From positions 1-36,922 of IMG/VR virus record IMGVR_UViG_3300009537_000075: a stretch of 36,922 nucleotides of DNA; one strand, given 5' to 3'. Positions 1-8,500 of this stretch are shown one piece after another. Numbering within the stretch: position 1 is the stretch's first letter; each line of letters opens with the position of its first letter. The notes under the pieces were generated by a model. It saw nothing but the letters and a program-made list of their open reading frames with translations, was not told the origin of the DNA and did no database searches. Position numbers and translations under genes: made by a program. The stretch comes from a virus.

Positions 1-59
1 GGAGTATTTTTCTAAAGCATTCAACACACAAGGCCTTGGGTTTCATAATCCGGGCCTTT
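1..59. repeat. Terminal direct repeat, copy 1 (identical to 36864..36922)
   Basis: Bases 1-59 match the last 59 bases of the window base for base. This implies a circular or terminally redundant unit of 36,863 bp. Confidence 0.95.
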
Positions 60-66
60 TTATTTG
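30..66 (+). terminator. Weak rho-independent terminator-like hairpin downstream of the 36462..36824 gene on the circle
   Basis: AAGGCC (30-35) pairs with GGCCTT (53-58) and is followed by TTTTATTT. The loop is long (17 nt), so it is only moderately convincing. Confidence 0.3.
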
Positions 67-127
67 GGGGTTACTAATAAATTTTACGATGTATACTCCT
101 GAGTAAAATTGAAAAACGGAAGGGAAG

Positions 128-520
128 ATGATGTTTAAAAAGGGAATCCTTCTTCTTGCTGCTACGTTTTCTGTGTTCGCGATGGATGACATGGAATGGG
201 AAGGTTACATTGAAATCGGCTCATGTATCATCTCTTCTGGAAAGCGGTACACCTCAAAAACTATTTCACCCGGCAAGAAGGAACTGATTGGTATCGAAAT
301 TTACCGACATATGCGTCACCCATTCTTTGAAAAGGGAATCGCTCTTTTTTTTACAGATGACGAGGTTTCAGATGAACTCAAGGACCTTGTAGGAAAGATA
401 TATGGATACGGAGAAATCTCTTACTCGGGTCCTCAAAATTTAAAACATAGCCGCACAAAATCTGATATCGTTGATTTAGATTCTTTGATTCCAGCAAAGA
501 CTACGAGAGAGAAAGAGTGA
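128..520 (+). CDS. Secreted/exported hypothetical protein (130 aa) with N-terminal signal peptide
   Basis: RBS GGAAGGGAAG lies before the ATG. N-terminus is MMFKKGILLLAATFSVFA-MDD (n-region, hydrophobic core, AxA-like site). Its stop overlaps the terL start (GTGA). Confidence 0.7.
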   Translation: MMFKKGILLLAATFSVFAMDDMEWEGYIEIGSCIISSGKRYTSKTISPGKKELIGIEIYRHMRHPFFEKGIALFFTDDEVSDELKDLVGKIYGYGEISYSGPQNLKHSRTKSDIVDLDSLIPAKTTREKE

Positions 521-1872
521 GAGCAGAGACAAAGATCAAACTTAACCAGTTCCAACCACGCTCTTATCAACTCCCCATCTTAGATGCTATCGAAAATAAG
601 AAATATAGGCGCGTAGTGGCAATTTTACCTCGTCGGGCGGGTAAGGATATTACTGCGTTTAATCTTTGTATCAGGCAGTGTTTGCGTAAGCCCTGTGTGG
701 TGTATTACATCTTTCCGACCTACTCACAGGCAAAGAAGGTGATCTGGGATTCCGTGACGAATGATGGTAAGCGTATCCTTGAGTATATTCCCGATGAGTT
801 AATTGCTTCTAAAAATAGCCAAGAAATGAAGATTCGCTTTGTGAACGACTCTCTTTTGCAGTTGGTTGGTTCTGATAACTACGATTCCCTGATGGGTACC
901 AATCCGCAATTGTGTGTGTTTTCTGAGTATGCCCTCCAAGACCCGAGGGCGTATCAGTACATCCGTCCTATACTCACTGCTAACGACGGGACGGCGCTTT
1001 TTATTTCAACTCCCCGGGGCAAGAACCACCTCTGGGAGTTGTATCAAATAGCCCGGGAATCTCCTGAATGGTTTGCATACAAGCTCACGGTTGAAGATAC
1101 GGGACACATCTCAACCAGAGACATTGATCGAGAGCGCCATGAAGGGATTATGTCGGAAGATCTTATCCAGCAGGAATACTATACCTCGTTTGATATGGGT
1201 GTAGAGGGTGCGTACTACGCGAAGTATATTGATCGAATGCGAGTAAACTCTCGCATCGGGGATGTTCCATGGGAAGCTGGGTTTAAGGTGCATACCGCAT
1301 GGGATCTTGGGATGAGAGACGCGACCACGATCATCTTTTTTCAGGTTATTGGTCAGTCGATTCGTATCATAGACTGCTATGAGAAGAACAAGGAAGGTTT
1401 AGAACATTATGTAAATGTCCTCCATGACAGACCGTACTCCTACGGACGGCATATTGCCCCTCATGATATCGCCGTCCGGGAGTTTGGGTCTGGCATGACC
1501 CGTCTTGAGAAGGCAAAGAATCTCGGTATCAAATTTACAGTCGCAGACAATATATCCATCCCTGATGGGATCGAATCGGTTCGGTCTGCGCTTAGTAAAA
1601 TATGGATAGATGAGAATAACTGCACGCCGCTCATTAAAGCACTCGAAAACTACCGCCAAGAATTTGATGCGAAACGTAAGATCTATAAGCACCACCCACT
1701 CCACGATTGGTCCTCACATTTTGCAGATGCGATGCGATATCTCTGTGTCTCGTTACCAAAGACAAGAGATTCTCTTTCGTCAGAAGAACTGGATAGGCGC
1801 TATCAAGAAGCAGTTATGGGGCCAAACTCGGTGCTTCCAGCAGTATTTAGAGATGATTTGCCACCTTACTAG
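517..1872 (+). CDS. terL: Terminase large subunit
   Basis: 451 aa. Walker A-like ILPRRAGKD, Walker B-like LCVFSEYA and ISTPRG coupling motif. RNaseH-fold nuclease motifs AWDLGMRDATTII and HFADAMRYL. The portal gene follows. Confidence 0.9.
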   Translation: MRAETKIKLNQFQPRSYQLPILDAIENKKYRRVVAILPRRAGKDITAFNLCIRQCLRKPCVVYYIFPTYSQAKKVIWDSVTNDGKRILEYIPDELIASKNSQEMKIRFVNDSLLQLVGSDNYDSLMGTNPQLCVFSEYALQDPRAYQYIRPILTANDGTALFISTPRGKNHLWELYQIARESPEWFAYKLTVEDTGHISTRDIDRERHEGIMSEDLIQQEYYTSFDMGVEGAYYAKYIDRMRVNSRIGDVPWEAGFKVHTAWDLGMRDATTIIFFQVIGQSIRIIDCYEKNKEGLEHYVNVLHDRPYSYGRHIAPHDIAVREFGSGMTRLEKAKNLGIKFTVADNISIPDGIESVRSALSKIWIDENNCTPLIKALENYRQEFDAKRKIYKHHPLHDWSSHFADAMRYLCVSLPKTRDSLSSEELDRRYQEAVMGPNSVLPAVFRDDLPPY

Positions 1873-1882
1873 AAGGGAAATA

Positions 1883-2221
1883 ATGAATGAGTTTGAGATA
1901 AAAAGACTATTTACCGATTTAGAGTTTTTTTTAGATAGCACGAAAAAAAATTTAGAAAAACTTAAAGATAAATCGGTATCGATAGATAATATGCGTCAAT
2001 TAATAAAAGAAGTGGTGGTTTATAAAGAAAAACTTTTTAGAGAAGTGTTCCAAGATGAAAAATATTCATCTTGTATTGTGAGTGAAGAATATATTCCGGA
2101 GCGATACGATTATAAAGAGTGTTTTGATAAAAAAGAGGAGCAAAAGAGAGATAAACACTTTCAACGAATGATGGGGGCACTCGGGAGTGAAGTAGAGATT
2201 GATTCCTTTAGATACGAATAA
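1883..2221 (+). CDS. Hypothetical acidic/coiled-coil protein (112 aa)
   Basis: ATG at 1883 is preceded by GAAGGGAAA. The longer track ORF from 1610 overlaps terL out of frame and is unlikely. Confidence 0.6.
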   Translation: MNEFEIKRLFTDLEFFLDSTKKNLEKLKDKSVSIDNMRQLIKEVVVYKEKLFREVFQDEKYSSCIVSEEYIPERYDYKECFDKKEEQKRDKHFQRMMGALGSEVEIDSFRYE

Positions 2222-2338
2222 TACTGATCACCTCTTTACTGCTTAATAAGATTCGCTGAGGAAGAAAGTTATGAATCTTTTTGTAAAAAATTGAATGAGT
2301 AGAACTAAATTGAATAATAATTTCAACCTCATTAATTC

Positions 2339-2367
2339 TTGCTATCATCCATAGCTCTTTCTAGAAT
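2339..2367 (+). promoter_or_regulatory. Sigma70-like promoter candidate upstream of portal
   Basis: TTGCTA (2339-2344), 17-nt spacer, TAGAAT (2362-2367), in the 233-bp intergenic gap. Confidence 0.35.
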
Positions 2368-2378
2368 AGGACTGGCTT

Positions 2379-2418
2379 TGGTGTATGGTTTTACACTCCT
2401 TTTATTTTCCATACACCA
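2379..2418 (+). promoter_or_regulatory. Perfect 10-bp stem hairpin in the portal 5' leader
   Basis: TGGTGTATGG (2379-2388) pairs with CCATACACCA (2409-2418), 20-nt loop. No U-tract follows, so it is leader structure rather than a terminator. Confidence 0.4.
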
Positions 2419-2454
2419 GATGCCCCAAAATTCATAAACAAAGGGAAGAGATAG

Positions 2455-4506
2455 ATGGCTTTATTTCCCCAATTGGGTCCAGAACATTACGATGAGAAAG
2501 ATCGGCCGATTCTTCAGAAGATGGAGGCTTTTTATTCAGAGAGCATAACAATCAATCAATCATTCTGGGGCGAGGGGGATACTGACACCCGATTCGAAGC
2601 TGGTGATCAGACACTGTGGAATGACATCTACGGCAATCTTCCTGCCAACCGGCGCAGGCAATTCAATTTTAACCGCATACGTCGTGTAATTAACATGGTA
2701 AGCGGCCACCAACGCAGAAATAGAAAGTCCACGATCGTTATCCCCGTGGAGAATGCTGACGCCCAGACCGCAGACCAGTTTTCAAAGATAATGATGTGGG
2801 TCGACCGTCAAGAAAATGTCTCTGAAACGATATCGGAATCATTCCATGGTGCACTTGTGACCGGAATGAACCTGCTCCAAGTATGGATGGACTATCGATC
2901 TGACCCCGTTTCTGGAAATATTCGAATTGATAATTGTTCATACAACTCTTTCCTTATAGATCCATTTTTCCGTAAGGCCGACCTCTCTGACTGCAACGCA
3001 CTATGGAAGCGTTCATTCCTTACAAAGCGAGAAGTCGTTTCTCTTCTTCCGGATAAAGTAGAACAGATTATAGATCTCGCGAATTACGATAACAGTGATG
3101 GCAAGTTCCAGTTCATGCCTGAAAGTTATGACTACGGAGTTCGCAATCTTCTCTCCTATGATGAGTTTTACTACCGTGATTACCGCACACAGCAAATGCT
3201 TGTCGATACGCAAACAGGGGAAACTATGGAGTGGCGCAGCCAAGACAAGGATGCGCTTAAAGAGTTCCTTCGAATGTATCCGCAGGTAACATTAGTAGAC
3301 CAAGAGATCCCAACAGTTCGACTCGCAGTAGTCGTGCAAGGAAAAGTTTTATATGACGGACCAAACCCGCTCGGGATAGACAAGTATCCATTCGTTCCTG
3401 TTTTAGGGTATTACAACCCACAAATGCCCTACTTCCCATGGCGTGTTCAAGGTATCGTGCGCGGGCTTCGTGATTCTCAGTACCTCTACAATCGTCGCCG
3501 CGTAATAGAACTCGATATCCTTGAAAGCCAGATCAATTCCGGGTGGAAATACAAAGAAGATGCTCTAGTGAACCCTAAAGACATTTTCCTGCAAGGACAG
3601 GGCAAAGGACTCGCCTTAAAACAAGAAGCGCAGATGACCGATGTGGAGCAAATCCAACCAGCTCAAGTCCCGCCGTCCATGATTCAGCTTTCAGAGCTTC
3701 TTGGAAAGGAAATACAAGAGATCTCAGGCGTTAACGAGGAACTTCTCGGGTCAGCTATTGATGATAAAGCAGGTATTCTGTCCATGCTTCGTCAAGGAGC
3801 TGGGCTTACGACCCTTCAAACACTCTTTGATCAGCTCGACCGGTCCCAGAAGTTACTTGGCAAGATTATTTTAGATGTTGTGCAAACGAACTTCACTCCC
3901 GGCAAAATAAAACGCATTGTCGAGGAAGAACCTACTCCGCAATTTTATAACAAGGCATTCGGTAAATATGATGCTGCGATTGAGGAAGGCTTTAATACAA
4001 CAACCCAAAAACAGATGCAGTTTGCTCAGCTTCTCCAGCTTAAGGAAGTTGGGGTGCCTATCCCTGATGATGTTCTGATTGAATCAGCAACGCTTCAAGA
4101 TAAGAAGAAACTTATTAGCTCAATCCAATCATCGCAGCAACAGCAACAACAAGCACAAGAGATGCAAATGCAAGTGGCTATGGATGAACAAAGGGCTCGA
4201 ACAAATCTTGCAAATGCTCGCGCAACCGCCGATGAAGGGCTTGGCATTGAACGCTTGAGCCGTGTACAGGAAAACCAAGCGCTTGCTACGGAACGTAGAG
4301 CAGAAGCAGAGAAAGATAGACAGCAAGCAGTGCTCAATATGACCAAAGCAATGAGAGAAATTGAGGGAATCGATATAGCGCAACTTGAAAAGTTGATCGC
4401 GCTTGCTAATATCGTGCAAGCTCGTGAGAACGAAGCTCAGACTACCGCACCGTCGGGACTAGACGCACTACGAGGAGCAAATGAAGCGACAGTGCAACAG
4501 GTGTAG
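2455..4506 (+). CDS. Portal protein
   Basis: 683 aa, placed just after terL with RBS AAGGGAAGAG. Size, position and N-terminal region are typical of podoviral portals. Long Q/E/A-rich helical C-terminus (SSQQQQQQAQEMQMQ...) is consistent with a portal barrel. Confidence 0.75.
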   Translation: MALFPQLGPEHYDEKDRPILQKMEAFYSESITINQSFWGEGDTDTRFEAGDQTLWNDIYGNLPANRRRQFNFNRIRRVINMVSGHQRRNRKSTIVIPVENADAQTADQFSKIMMWVDRQENVSETISESFHGALVTGMNLLQVWMDYRSDPVSGNIRIDNCSYNSFLIDPFFRKADLSDCNALWKRSFLTKREVVSLLPDKVEQIIDLANYDNSDGKFQFMPESYDYGVRNLLSYDEFYYRDYRTQQMLVDTQTGETMEWRSQDKDALKEFLRMYPQVTLVDQEIPTVRLAVVVQGKVLYDGPNPLGIDKYPFVPVLGYYNPQMPYFPWRVQGIVRGLRDSQYLYNRRRVIELDILESQINSGWKYKEDALVNPKDIFLQGQGKGLALKQEAQMTDVEQIQPAQVPPSMIQLSELLGKEIQEISGVNEELLGSAIDDKAGILSMLRQGAGLTTLQTLFDQLDRSQKLLGKIILDVVQTNFTPGKIKRIVEEEPTPQFYNKAFGKYDAAIEEGFNTTTQKQMQFAQLLQLKEVGVPIPDDVLIESATLQDKKKLISSIQSSQQQQQQAQEMQMQVAMDEQRARTNLANARATADEGLGIERLSRVQENQALATERRAEAEKDRQQAVLNMTKAMREIEGIDIAQLEKLIALANIVQARENEAQTTAPSGLDALRGANEATVQQV

Positions 4507-4563
4507 TTAGAGGTATTTTTTATAACCTTGTCCGAAAGGACAGTTTCTACCAAAGGAGCCGTT

Positions 4564-4821
4564 ATGGCCAAAAAACGTTACTATGATGAATCATATGCTG
4601 GACGAGACGAACGCCGTCGCCAGGAATACGAAGATTCCATGATGATCAAAGAAGATCGTGGTGCTATCGCAAACCTTCCAAAAGAAGTTATGATGAAAGA
4701 ATATCCACGCGTAGGATATGGCATGGGTGAATATCTTGATGACACAGCCCGTGGAATCGATCGTCAAATCAGTGATGATAACCGCGAAAAGAAAAAAGAA
4801 ATGCATCCTGAAAAATATTAA
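4564..4821 (+). CDS. Hypothetical small protein (85 aa)
   Basis: ATG 4564 is preceded by AAAGGAG. The upstream TTG start (4528) would include a small hairpin (4529-4542) and has no RBS. Confidence 0.6.
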   Translation: MAKKRYYDESYAGRDERRRQEYEDSMMIKEDRGAIANLPKEVMMKEYPRVGYGMGEYLDDTARGIDRQISDDNREKKKEMHPEKY

Positions 4822-4830
4822 GGATTAAGC

Positions 4831-4980
4831 ATGCCTGCAATGCCAAGAGCTAATGGAAAAGGGAAAAAGATAGTTTATTCTATTTTAGGAATTCCTCCCA
4901 ATATGATTGATCGTCGTACTTCTTCTCAGAAGCGTATTGACCGAAGGCTTACCGCTGATGAAACAACACGCTCTCGGTAA
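4831..4980 (+). CDS. Hypothetical small basic protein (49 aa), below the ORF-track size cutoff
   Basis: ATG 4831 is preceded by TAAGGA. Translation is MPAMPRANGKGKKIVYSILGIPPNMIDRRTSSQKRIDRRLTADETTRSR. It fills the gap before the terminator at 5013. Confidence 0.4.
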   Translation: MPAMPRANGKGKKIVYSILGIPPNMIDRRTSSQKRIDRRLTADETTRSR

Positions 4981-5012
4981 TTGTATATTATGTGAACTTC
5001 TTCATAAGAACG

Positions 5013-5048
5013 GGGAAAGCTTACAGCTGACGGGGCTTTCCCTTTTCT
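5013..5048 (+). terminator. Rho-independent terminator
   Basis: GGGAAAGC (5013-5020) pairs with GCTTTCCC (5035-5042) and is followed by TTTTCTG. Confidence 0.55.
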
Positions 5049-5061
5049 GTAAGGAATAATT

Positions 5062-5412
5062 ATGGCTAAAACAAAAGCAGCTCCAAAGAAAAAAGCGGTA
5101 AAAAAAACTACAGTAGCAAAAGGCGTAAAACTAAAGCGTGGAAAGGCCGAGAAGCTACAGGAAAAACCAGGAGGATCGTCTACTGGTCGGTATAAAGGGG
5201 TTCCCAAGGCTGAGTTTGCAGGAAAGGCAGGAGGTACATCTCCTTTCTCGTTTCCAATTAATACATTGGCCAGAGCTCGCAACGCATTGGCGCGTGCACA
5301 TTTTGCGCCTGATCCAGAAGGCATAAGGAACGCGGTTTACAAAAAATATCCCCAGCTTAAAATGAGAGCACAGGAACGAAAAGGAAATAAGAATGGCAAA
5401 AAGAAAGACTAA
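5062..5412 (+). CDS. Lysine-rich basic protein with histone H1/Hc1-like N-terminal tail (116 aa)
   Basis: RBS AAGGAA. N-terminus is MAKTKAAPKKKAVKKTTVAKGVKLKRGK. C-terminal motif is FPINTLARARNALARAHFAPDPEGIR. Confidence 0.7.
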   Translation: MAKTKAAPKKKAVKKTTVAKGVKLKRGKAEKLQEKPGGSSTGRYKGVPKAEFAGKAGGTSPFSFPINTLARARNALARAHFAPDPEGIRNAVYKKYPQLKMRAQERKGNKNGKKKD

Positions 5413-5602
5413 GACAAAAGCACAGAAGAAAATTAAAAAGGTTATGAAAGAATGGAAAGAAGGGAAACTTCATTCTGGATCAAAGAAGGGGCCAACAGTA
5501 AAAAGCCAAAAGCAGGCAATAGCTATTGCTCTATCAGAAGCGGGTAAAGCAAAAAAGAAGCCGGCAAAGAAAAAAAGTAGACCTTCAAAAAAGCGCAAGT
5601 GA
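5393..5602 (+). CDS. Small lysine-rich protein, DUF6496-like (69 aa)
   Basis: RBS AAGGAAA. The core KVMKEWKEGKLHSGSKKGPTVKSQKQAIAIALSEAGK matches, from memory, the conserved signature of the bacterial DUF6496 family. It overlaps the previous gene by 20 nt. Confidence 0.65.
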   Translation: MAKRKTKTKAQKKIKKVMKEWKEGKLHSGSKKGPTVKSQKQAIAIALSEAGKAKKKPAKKKSRPSKKRK

Positions 5603-5651
5603 TACTAGTGATGGGTGGTAATATTGATAAAACCTTAACTCTGGAGGTGTT

Positions 5652-5948
5652 ATGAAGCTCAAAACACTACTCTGTGCTGGAGTTCTTTTAAGCGTTTCTT
5701 TTTCGTCTCTTGCTGATACAAATAAAAAGAAGGTGGCAGAAAGGAAGAAGTATGTACTTGCAGCTTCTGCCATTGCAACCGGTGTTTTTTTAGGGGTTCC
5801 CGCATTATATTTTTGGTTTAGTTGTTTCCCAAAGAGTGCGCCAACTAAAAAAACTTTGCCAAACGTATCAAAAAAGAAGAAAAAACATCCTCATAAAGAT
5901 CCTGAAAAAGAAAAATCTGTAGAGGGTGAGAGCAAAAAGGTAAAATAA
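5652..5948 (+). CDS. Membrane protein with signal peptide, one TM helix and poly-Lys tail (98 aa)
   Basis: RBS GGAGG. Signal peptide MKLKTLLCAGVLLSVSFSSLA-DT, TM helix YVLAASAIATGVFLGVPALYFWF, and SKKKKKHPHKDPEKEK tail. Confidence 0.65.
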   Translation: MKLKTLLCAGVLLSVSFSSLADTNKKKVAERKKYVLAASAIATGVFLGVPALYFWFSCFPKSAPTKKTLPNVSKKKKKHPHKDPEKEKSVEGESKKVK

Positions 5949-5960
5949 CTTCATAATCGT

Positions 5961-6021
5961 CACCTAAATTGAAATAAAAGTTGATATTGCACCATCTTAT
6001 TTCAATTTAGGTGCTTTTTTT
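5961..6021 (+). terminator. Strong rho-independent terminator
   Basis: Perfect 17-bp stem CACCTAAATTGAAATAA (5961-5977) with TTATTTCAATTTAGGTG (5997-6013), followed by C plus T7 (6015-6021). Confidence 0.8.
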
Positions 6022-6034
6022 AAATAAGGAGTCT

Positions 6035-6511
6035 ATGACGCGAGAAACAGTCGGAAAGATATCACAAGACCTTCTCCTTAAAACCCCTGACACTAGAGAT
6101 CCTATTGAACTTGAACGCGAAATGCACAAAGACTATGAGAAAAACATCTTTGAATGCATAGAACGGTGTAAAAAGGAGTTTTTTGGTGATTTTTATGTGG
6201 TGGTGACGACGAAAAAAGAACGCCTTATGGAAAATGTTCTTAGAAATTACTTTTTTGGGCGTAAGACATGCCCTACCCCTGAATGGGATCAAACCGTGTA
6301 TCGCTATTTCCCAAAGGACGATTACCTTGAATTTTTGTGGGTGGTGCCGTCTAAAGATACGTGCGAATTATATAAGCAAAATGCCCTACAAGTTGACCCA
6401 AAAGAGAGAGAACTACTACAATATGTGCTAGATTTCTCAGACGGAACATTGTTAGAAAGAGCAAAAAAACTCAACGGCGAGCGAAAAGAATCGCCATTAT
6501 TAGAAACATAG
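6035..6511 (+). CDS. Hypothetical protein (158 aa)
   Basis: ATG 6035 is preceded by AAGGAG. The track start at 6011 lies inside the terminator stem. Confidence 0.65.
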   Translation: MTRETVGKISQDLLLKTPDTRDPIELEREMHKDYEKNIFECIERCKKEFFGDFYVVVTTKKERLMENVLRNYFFGRKTCPTPEWDQTVYRYFPKDDYLEFLWVVPSKDTCELYKQNALQVDPKERELLQYVLDFSDGTLLERAKKLNGERKESPLLET

Positions 6512-6520
6512 AGGAGCTCA

Positions 6521-7291
6521 ATGGAAGAAAATCAAACATCACTTGAAGAACTGAATCAACAGGATGGTATTCCCGCCCAAGGGGATCAAATGGATTCCCA
6601 GCTTTCAGAACAGTCGCCTTCTCCGGTGGAAAAAACCCATCAACCAGAAGTAAAACCTGCAGAATCGGACCAAGAAAGGAATCTCGCGGCCTTGCGACAA
6701 GCCCGAGAACGAGCAGAACGTGAACGTGATCAACTTGCGCAGCAACTGCAGCAAATGCAGCAACAAAAACCCCAGGAAGAGCCCTATCAAGATTACTCGG
6801 TAGCTCCAGACGCACTCGTTGAGGGAAAACATCTGAGCAAATATGATCGAGAGATTAAGGCTCTGAGGGAAGAGCTACACAAGTATCAACAGCAGACGAT
6901 TTCTCAATCTGCAGAAACACGCCTAAAAACGCAGTATCCTGACTTTGATAAAGTTGTTTCGGCTGAAAATATCAATGCGTTGCGCGAATCACATCCGGAA
7001 ATAGCGCAGACCTTGAGTACCTCATCCGATTTGTATAATCAGGGAGCCTCGGCATATAAAGTGATTAAGAGTCTCGGTATTTATAGAGAAGACACGTATG
7101 CCAAAGATCGTCAGAATGCTCACGTAAACGCTAACAAACCTCGTCCTTTGGCAAGCGTAGCACCAAGCCAGGGGGATTCTCCTTTATCTAATGCCAACGC
7201 ATTTGCTACCGGTGGAAAGAGAGCGGATGAGATGAGCGATCATCAAAAACAACTGTTTCAAGAGATGCAGGAGTTGCGTAAAAATTATTAA
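6521..7291 (+). CDS. Scaffolding-like protein (256 aa)
   Basis: Q/E/R-rich and predicted helical (ERAERERDQLAQQLQQMQQQ). It lies immediately upstream of the major capsid gene, with RBS GAGGAG. Confidence 0.5.
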   Translation: MEENQTSLEELNQQDGIPAQGDQMDSQLSEQSPSPVEKTHQPEVKPAESDQERNLAALRQARERAERERDQLAQQLQQMQQQKPQEEPYQDYSVAPDALVEGKHLSKYDREIKALREELHKYQQQTISQSAETRLKTQYPDFDKVVSAENINALRESHPEIAQTLSTSSDLYNQGASAYKVIKSLGIYREDTYAKDRQNAHVNANKPRPLASVAPSQGDSPLSNANAFATGGKRADEMSDHQKQLFQEMQELRKNY

Positions 7292-7326
7292 ATTCGATAG
7301 GTATGGGCTCTTTAAATCCTATCGCG

Positions 7327-7366
7327 GGAAGGGGTGTTTATTGAGTTTTTCCCCCTTCCTTTCTTG
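7327..7366 (+). terminator. Rho-independent terminator after the scaffold gene
   Basis: GGAAGGGG (7327-7334) pairs with CCCCTTCC (7352-7359) and is followed by TTTCTTG. It is preceded by a second hairpin CGATAGG/CCTATCG (7295-7324). Confidence 0.5.
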
Positions 7367-7543
7367 ATCTCGTTTACTTTATCTGTTAAAACAAAGTTGG
7401 CGTAACGAAGCGTCGCCGCCTTCATCCGACGTATCAGGAACTCGTCATTCCATTCTGCGTACTGATCTCTCGCAAAGATCGCGACGTACAAGTAAGGCTC
7501 GTCCCCTTATGTTTTTTATTATTAACTCTTTATAGGAAACATA

Positions 7544-8491
7544 ATGGCAATCACAACTACGAGCGTCTTGCCTGCACCAGTACAACAGAGTTTTAGTTAT
7601 AAACTTCTGTCTGTACCTGTACCAAACATGATTCATAAAATTCCTGCAATGAGAAAGCGTATGCCTCGCAACGGTGGTACTACCCTCCGTATGAGACGCT
7701 ACAATGCGCTTAGCACTGCGCTGGTTCCTCTAGGAAATTCAGGGGTAACCCCTCCAGCACAGCAACTCACTGCTGTAGATATCGATGCAAAGATCGATTT
7801 TTATGGAACATACGTACAGCTCAACGAGCAAGTAACGCTTCAAAACCAAGATCCAGTTCTCAATGAAGCAGCAGCACGTCTCGGTGTTTCTCTTCGTCAA
7901 ACCGAAGATGAACTCACCAGAAACATGCTTGCTTCTACCGCCTCATTTATCAACTGTACCGGTGGTACAAACGGTGATAACCCAACGGAAATTACCCGTG
8001 CCGACGTTGATGAAGTAGTTCGAACCCTTCTCAACAACGATGCTTATACCGTAATGGATAACATCGAAGGTGAAGATAAATTCGGTACTGCTCCAGTTCG
8101 TGATGCATATTTTGCATTGGCATCAACACAGTTGACCGGGAACTTGGATGCTGTACAAGGATTTATCCATAAAAACCAATATCCTTCTCCAATGAACGCA
8201 CTCCGTTCTGAATGGGGTTCGATTGGAAACCTTCGCTTCTTGGTCTCCTCAATTGGTTCAGTGACAACTAACGGTTCTAACCTTGGTGCAAATGTATTCA
8301 ATGTTTTCTGTGTTGGTATGGAAGCATACGCATGTATAGAACAAGATGGATACACTGCTAACTTTATCTATCGACCACCAATATATGATGGTCCGCTTGC
8401 ATTGAATGCATCCGTTGGATATAAGTTTGCAGAAGTTCCACGCATCACCAACGACTTGTGGGTGATTAACTTGCGTTGCACGCTTTCTTAA
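7544..8491 (+). CDS. Major capsid protein (HK97 fold, N4-gp56-like family)
   Basis: 315 aa. GGTTLRMRRYNAL..GVTPP..IDFYGTYVQLNEQV..DPVLNEAAARLG..TEDELTRNML resembles the conserved N-terminal half of this capsid family. It follows the scaffold-like gene and has a long leader. Confidence 0.8.
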   Translation: MAITTTSVLPAPVQQSFSYKLLSVPVPNMIHKIPAMRKRMPRNGGTTLRMRRYNALSTALVPLGNSGVTPPAQQLTAVDIDAKIDFYGTYVQLNEQVTLQNQDPVLNEAAARLGVSLRQTEDELTRNMLASTASFINCTGGTNGDNPTEITRADVDEVVRTLLNNDAYTVMDNIEGEDKFGTAPVRDAYFALASTQLTGNLDAVQGFIHKNQYPSPMNALRSEWGSIGNLRFLVSSIGSVTTNGSNLGANVFNVFCVGMEAYACIEQDGYTANFIYRPPIYDGPLALNASVGYKFAEVPRITNDLWVINLRCTLS

Positions 8492-8500
8492 GGAGAAATC

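Noticed and set aside
1610-2221. N-terminally extended track ORFs: 1610..2221, 4528.., 6011.., 16442.., 27290.., 31844..32227, 32348..32578, 35196.., 35402.. and 17892..18101.
   Set aside because: The extensions overlap the preceding gene or a terminator and lack an RBS. Internal ATG codons with canonical AGGA/GGAG spacing give non-overlapping, tightly coupled genes, and those starts are reported instead.
4131-4160. CAG/CAA-rich tract (Q6) in the portal gene, considered as a microsatellite or contingency locus.
   Set aside because: It is short and uses mixed codons (not a pure repeat). It lies in frame within a Q/E/A-rich helical region, so it is ordinary low-complexity coding sequence.
7292-7543. 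252-bp gap before the capsid gene, checked for a tRNA, small RNA or hidden ORF.
   Set aside because: There is no cloverleaf or T-loop (GTTCGA-type) signature and no ORF with an RBS. It contains terminator hairpins and is most simply a promoter/leader region for the highly expressed capsid gene. A weak TTGATC-17-TAAAAC at about 7364-7392 is too poor to call.
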